From Fibrobacterota bacterium (GTDB taxonomy: Bacteria; Fibrobacterota; Fibrobacteria; UBA11236), in the NCBI GenBank assembly GCA_043753995.1, contig JAYUVP010000291.1:1-19687 (forward strand): a stretch of 19,687 bases of DNA, read 5' to 3'. Below the pieces are notes generated by a model. That model was not told where the DNA came from. It ran no database searches and saw only the letters and a list, made by a program, of their open reading frames with translations. The first letter of the stretch is position 1, and each line of letters starts with the position of its first letter. Position numbers and translations under genes: made by a program. Shown piece after piece: positions 17,889 through 19,687 of the stretch.

Positions 17889-18701
17889 TTATGACCGACA
17901 TGCCTTGGTAAAGTCACAGGCTGCGAACAGCATGGCTCGAACGCCACTATAGGCATAGGTCAAATAGGCCTCAGGGCGAGTCAGCCAAAGGTGGCGTATA
18001 TCTTCGAGATGATTCTCCTCCAAAATCGCAGGTCTGGCAAAGGGTCTATCGCGATAGGGTAATTCCAGGGTAATCATGGCCGGTCTTTGGCCATGACGAT
18101 AATGCAAATCATGGCCCGCCCATCGACCGAAGCTGCCTGATGGCGCCGTCATGGGCAAGTCACCCTCTTCCCCAGTCACTCGCCAGCGATAGGTGCTTTG
18201 ATCGACACTTGGCAAGGCTTGCCACATGTTCCGCGCCAGGGTAAAGCTTTGTGGGCCATCCCCATCGATTTCGGCAAGCGCCCAATGCAGGGAAACAATG
18301 ACAGACGGTTCATGCCGCATCACCCAGGCTTTCAAAATCCGACTTTCTGGTTCGGATAGAGGTGCTGGTCCCGAAGGCTCTTGAGAATCCGAGCGCCAAC
18401 CCGTGGTGAAATTGCGATTCAAATCAACGCCATGGGCATTGTATCGGCTATCCCGGGCATAACCGTCTGGGTTTAGACAGGGGATGGCGAAAAGAGAGCA
18501 AGGGCGATGAGCGACACCCTGCATATCTTCCAAGAACATGCGCACCAGGGGTACGGTGGCTCTTTCATCGCCATGAGTCCCTCCTATAAGCAAGAGGGTG
18601 GGAGAGGTGACGGGTTCGCCCTCTTCCCCACCCTGAAGACCGAAACCTTCGATAGGGCGACCCTCCCAACTTTGACCCAAAACTTCGCCTCGTATTTCCA
18701 T
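17889..18701 (-). CDS. M14 zinc carboxypeptidase, murein peptide amidase A (MpaA)-like
   Basis: GGTHGDE (HxxE), NPDG, RYNAHGVDLNRNF, SLH (third Zn ligand), ITLELP. No signal peptide. Adjacent to a dipeptide epimerase. Start 18701 (ATG) or 18710 (TTG). Confidence 0.85.
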   Translation of the reverse strand: MEIRGEVLGQSWEGRPIEGFGLQGGEEGEPVTSPTLLLIGGTHGDERATVPLVRMFLEDMQGVAHRPCSLFAIPCLNPDGYARDSRYNAHGVDLNRNFTTGWRSDSQEPSGPAPLSEPESRILKAWVMRHEPSVIVSLHWALAEIDGDGPQSFTLARNMWQALPSVDQSTYRWRVTGEEGDLPMTAPSGSFGRWAGHDLHYRHGQRPAMITLELPYRDRPFARPAILEENHLEDIRHLWLTRPEAYLTYAYSGVRAMLFAACDFTKACRS

Positions 18702-18735
18702 GTCCCACAAGTCTACAATGACAATTCGGTTTCTC

Positions 18736-18750
18736 GGGAGAGTCTCTCCC
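18736..18750. promoter_or_regulatory. Inverted repeat between divergent MpaA-like and epimerase genes (candidate operator)
   Basis: GGGAGAG-T-CTCTCCC, a perfect 7-1-7 palindrome in the roughly 60-70-nt divergent intergenic region. Confidence 0.4.
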
Positions 18751-18768
18751 CGGTTACCTTATAAAGCT

Positions 18769-19687
18769 ATGCGCGCCCAATCCGTACGCAAGATCATGCA
18801 CCCTCGCCATGTTTTTCGAATTGCCCGCGGGGCCAAGCCCATGGTGGAAAACGTGTTTTTGGCTTTGGAGCAAGACGGAATCATCGGTTATGGGGAAGGA
18901 TCGCCCAATGCCTATTATGGCGAAAGCGCGGAAGACGTACACCTCAGGCTCTTAGGATTAAGTGATTGGCTCAAACGGCACCGGTTGGAATCCGCCAAGG
19001 ACATTCCCGCCTGGGTGGCCGAAGCTTGGCCACTCTTGCAGCCATCTCATGCCGCGCTTTGTGCCTTGGATTTGGCCCTCTGGGATTTGGCAGCCAAACA
19101 AGCCGGTACCTCGGTTTGCGAATTGGCCCTGGGATTTTCTGCAGAGCCCATTATCAGTAGCGCCACCCTTAGCTTAGGGGATCCAACCGTTCAAAAGCAG
19201 CAACTTGCCGACATGCAAGGGTGGCCTCGTCTCAAGCTCAAGGTCAATGCCGACACGGACTGGATGGCCCTGCAAAACCTATTTGCCGGGATGCCAGCCT
19301 CCTGGGCAATAGATGCCAATGCCGCGTGGCCATGGCCTCAGGCGAAGGCCTGGTTGCCTTCCCTATCTGCTTTGAAACCCGCCCTGCTAGAGCAGCCTTT
19401 GTCTCCTCAGGACAATAGCCATATGGCGGAATTCCGGGCTTTAAGTCCCTGCCCAGTATATGCCGACGAAAGCTGCCGTACCGAAAAGGATTTGGTGGAC
19501 CTCCTCCCTGGCTTTGACGGCATCAATATCAAGCTTGTCAAATGCGGAGGTCTCACTCCAGCCCTCCAGTTGCGTCAGAAGGCTCGTGATTTGGGATTCA
19601 AAATCATGGTTGGCTGCATGCTCGAAAGCAGCTTGCTCATTGCTGCGGGCTTGGTCTTGGCGCAAGTAGCTGATTGGTGCGATTTGG
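18769..19687 (+). CDS. L-Ala-D/L-Glu dipeptide epimerase (enolase superfamily, YcjG-like), 3'-truncated
   Basis: Not in ORF track. Manual translation from ATG 18769 is open to the window end: MRAQSVRKIMHPRHVFRIARGAK...GYGEGSPNAYYGES...ALDLALWDL...KLKV...DANAAW...EQPL...ADES...NIKLVKCGG...MVGCMLES. Confidence 0.93.
   Translation, partial: MRAQSVRKIMHPRHVFRIARGAKPMVENVFLALEQDGIIGYGEGSPNAYYGESAEDVHLRLLGLSDWLKRHRLESAKDIPAWVAEAWPLLQPSHAALCALDLALWDLAAKQAGTSVCELALGFSAEPIISSATLSLGDPTVQKQQLADMQGWPRLKLKVNADTDWMALQNLFAGMPASWAIDANAAWPWPQAKAWLPSLSALKPALLEQPLSPQDNSHMAEFRALSPCPVYADESCRTEKDLVDLLPGFDGINIKLVKCGGLTPALQLRQKARDLGFKIMVGCMLESSLLIAAGLVLAQVADWCDL

Noticed and set aside
18754..19669. Six short ORFs at the right end
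   Set aside because: All lie within or across the uncalled epimerase frame starting at 18769.

Overview
Gene-dense chromosomal window from a diderm bacterium, made of housekeeping and envelope genes. I see no mobile element, CRISPR array or long repeat. Left to right: (1) a minus-strand, tightly coupled run der - plsY - MerR-family regulator - GspL-like - GspM/PilO-like - GspC/PilP-like - GspK/PilX-like (the last runs off the left edge and is missing from the ORF track); (2) a PHP-domain protein; (3) a menaquinone tailoring operon (MenG/UbiE, UbiX, MqnP/UbiA-like); (4) tRNA-Phe(GAA) with a near-consensus sigma70 promoter; (5) greB, a hypothetical protein, a lipoprotein and an ACP-like protein lacking the DSL serine motif; (6) a long SppA with an extra N-terminal domain; (7) a minus-strand run of MpaA-like peptidase, GT-B glycosyltransferase, TldD and PmbA/TldE, the last two with signal peptides; (8) a divergent L-Ala-D/L-Glu epimerase running off the right edge, also missing from the ORF track. 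The best candidates for something undescribed are inferences: an about 5-fold enrichment (hand count) of the Bacteroidota-type O-glycosylation sequon D-[ST]-[ALVIMT] in exported proteins, an exported TldD/E pair inside an envelope peptide-salvage cluster, and the serine-less ACP. The lineage may be FCB group (e.g. Fibrobacterota), but this is an unverified impression.
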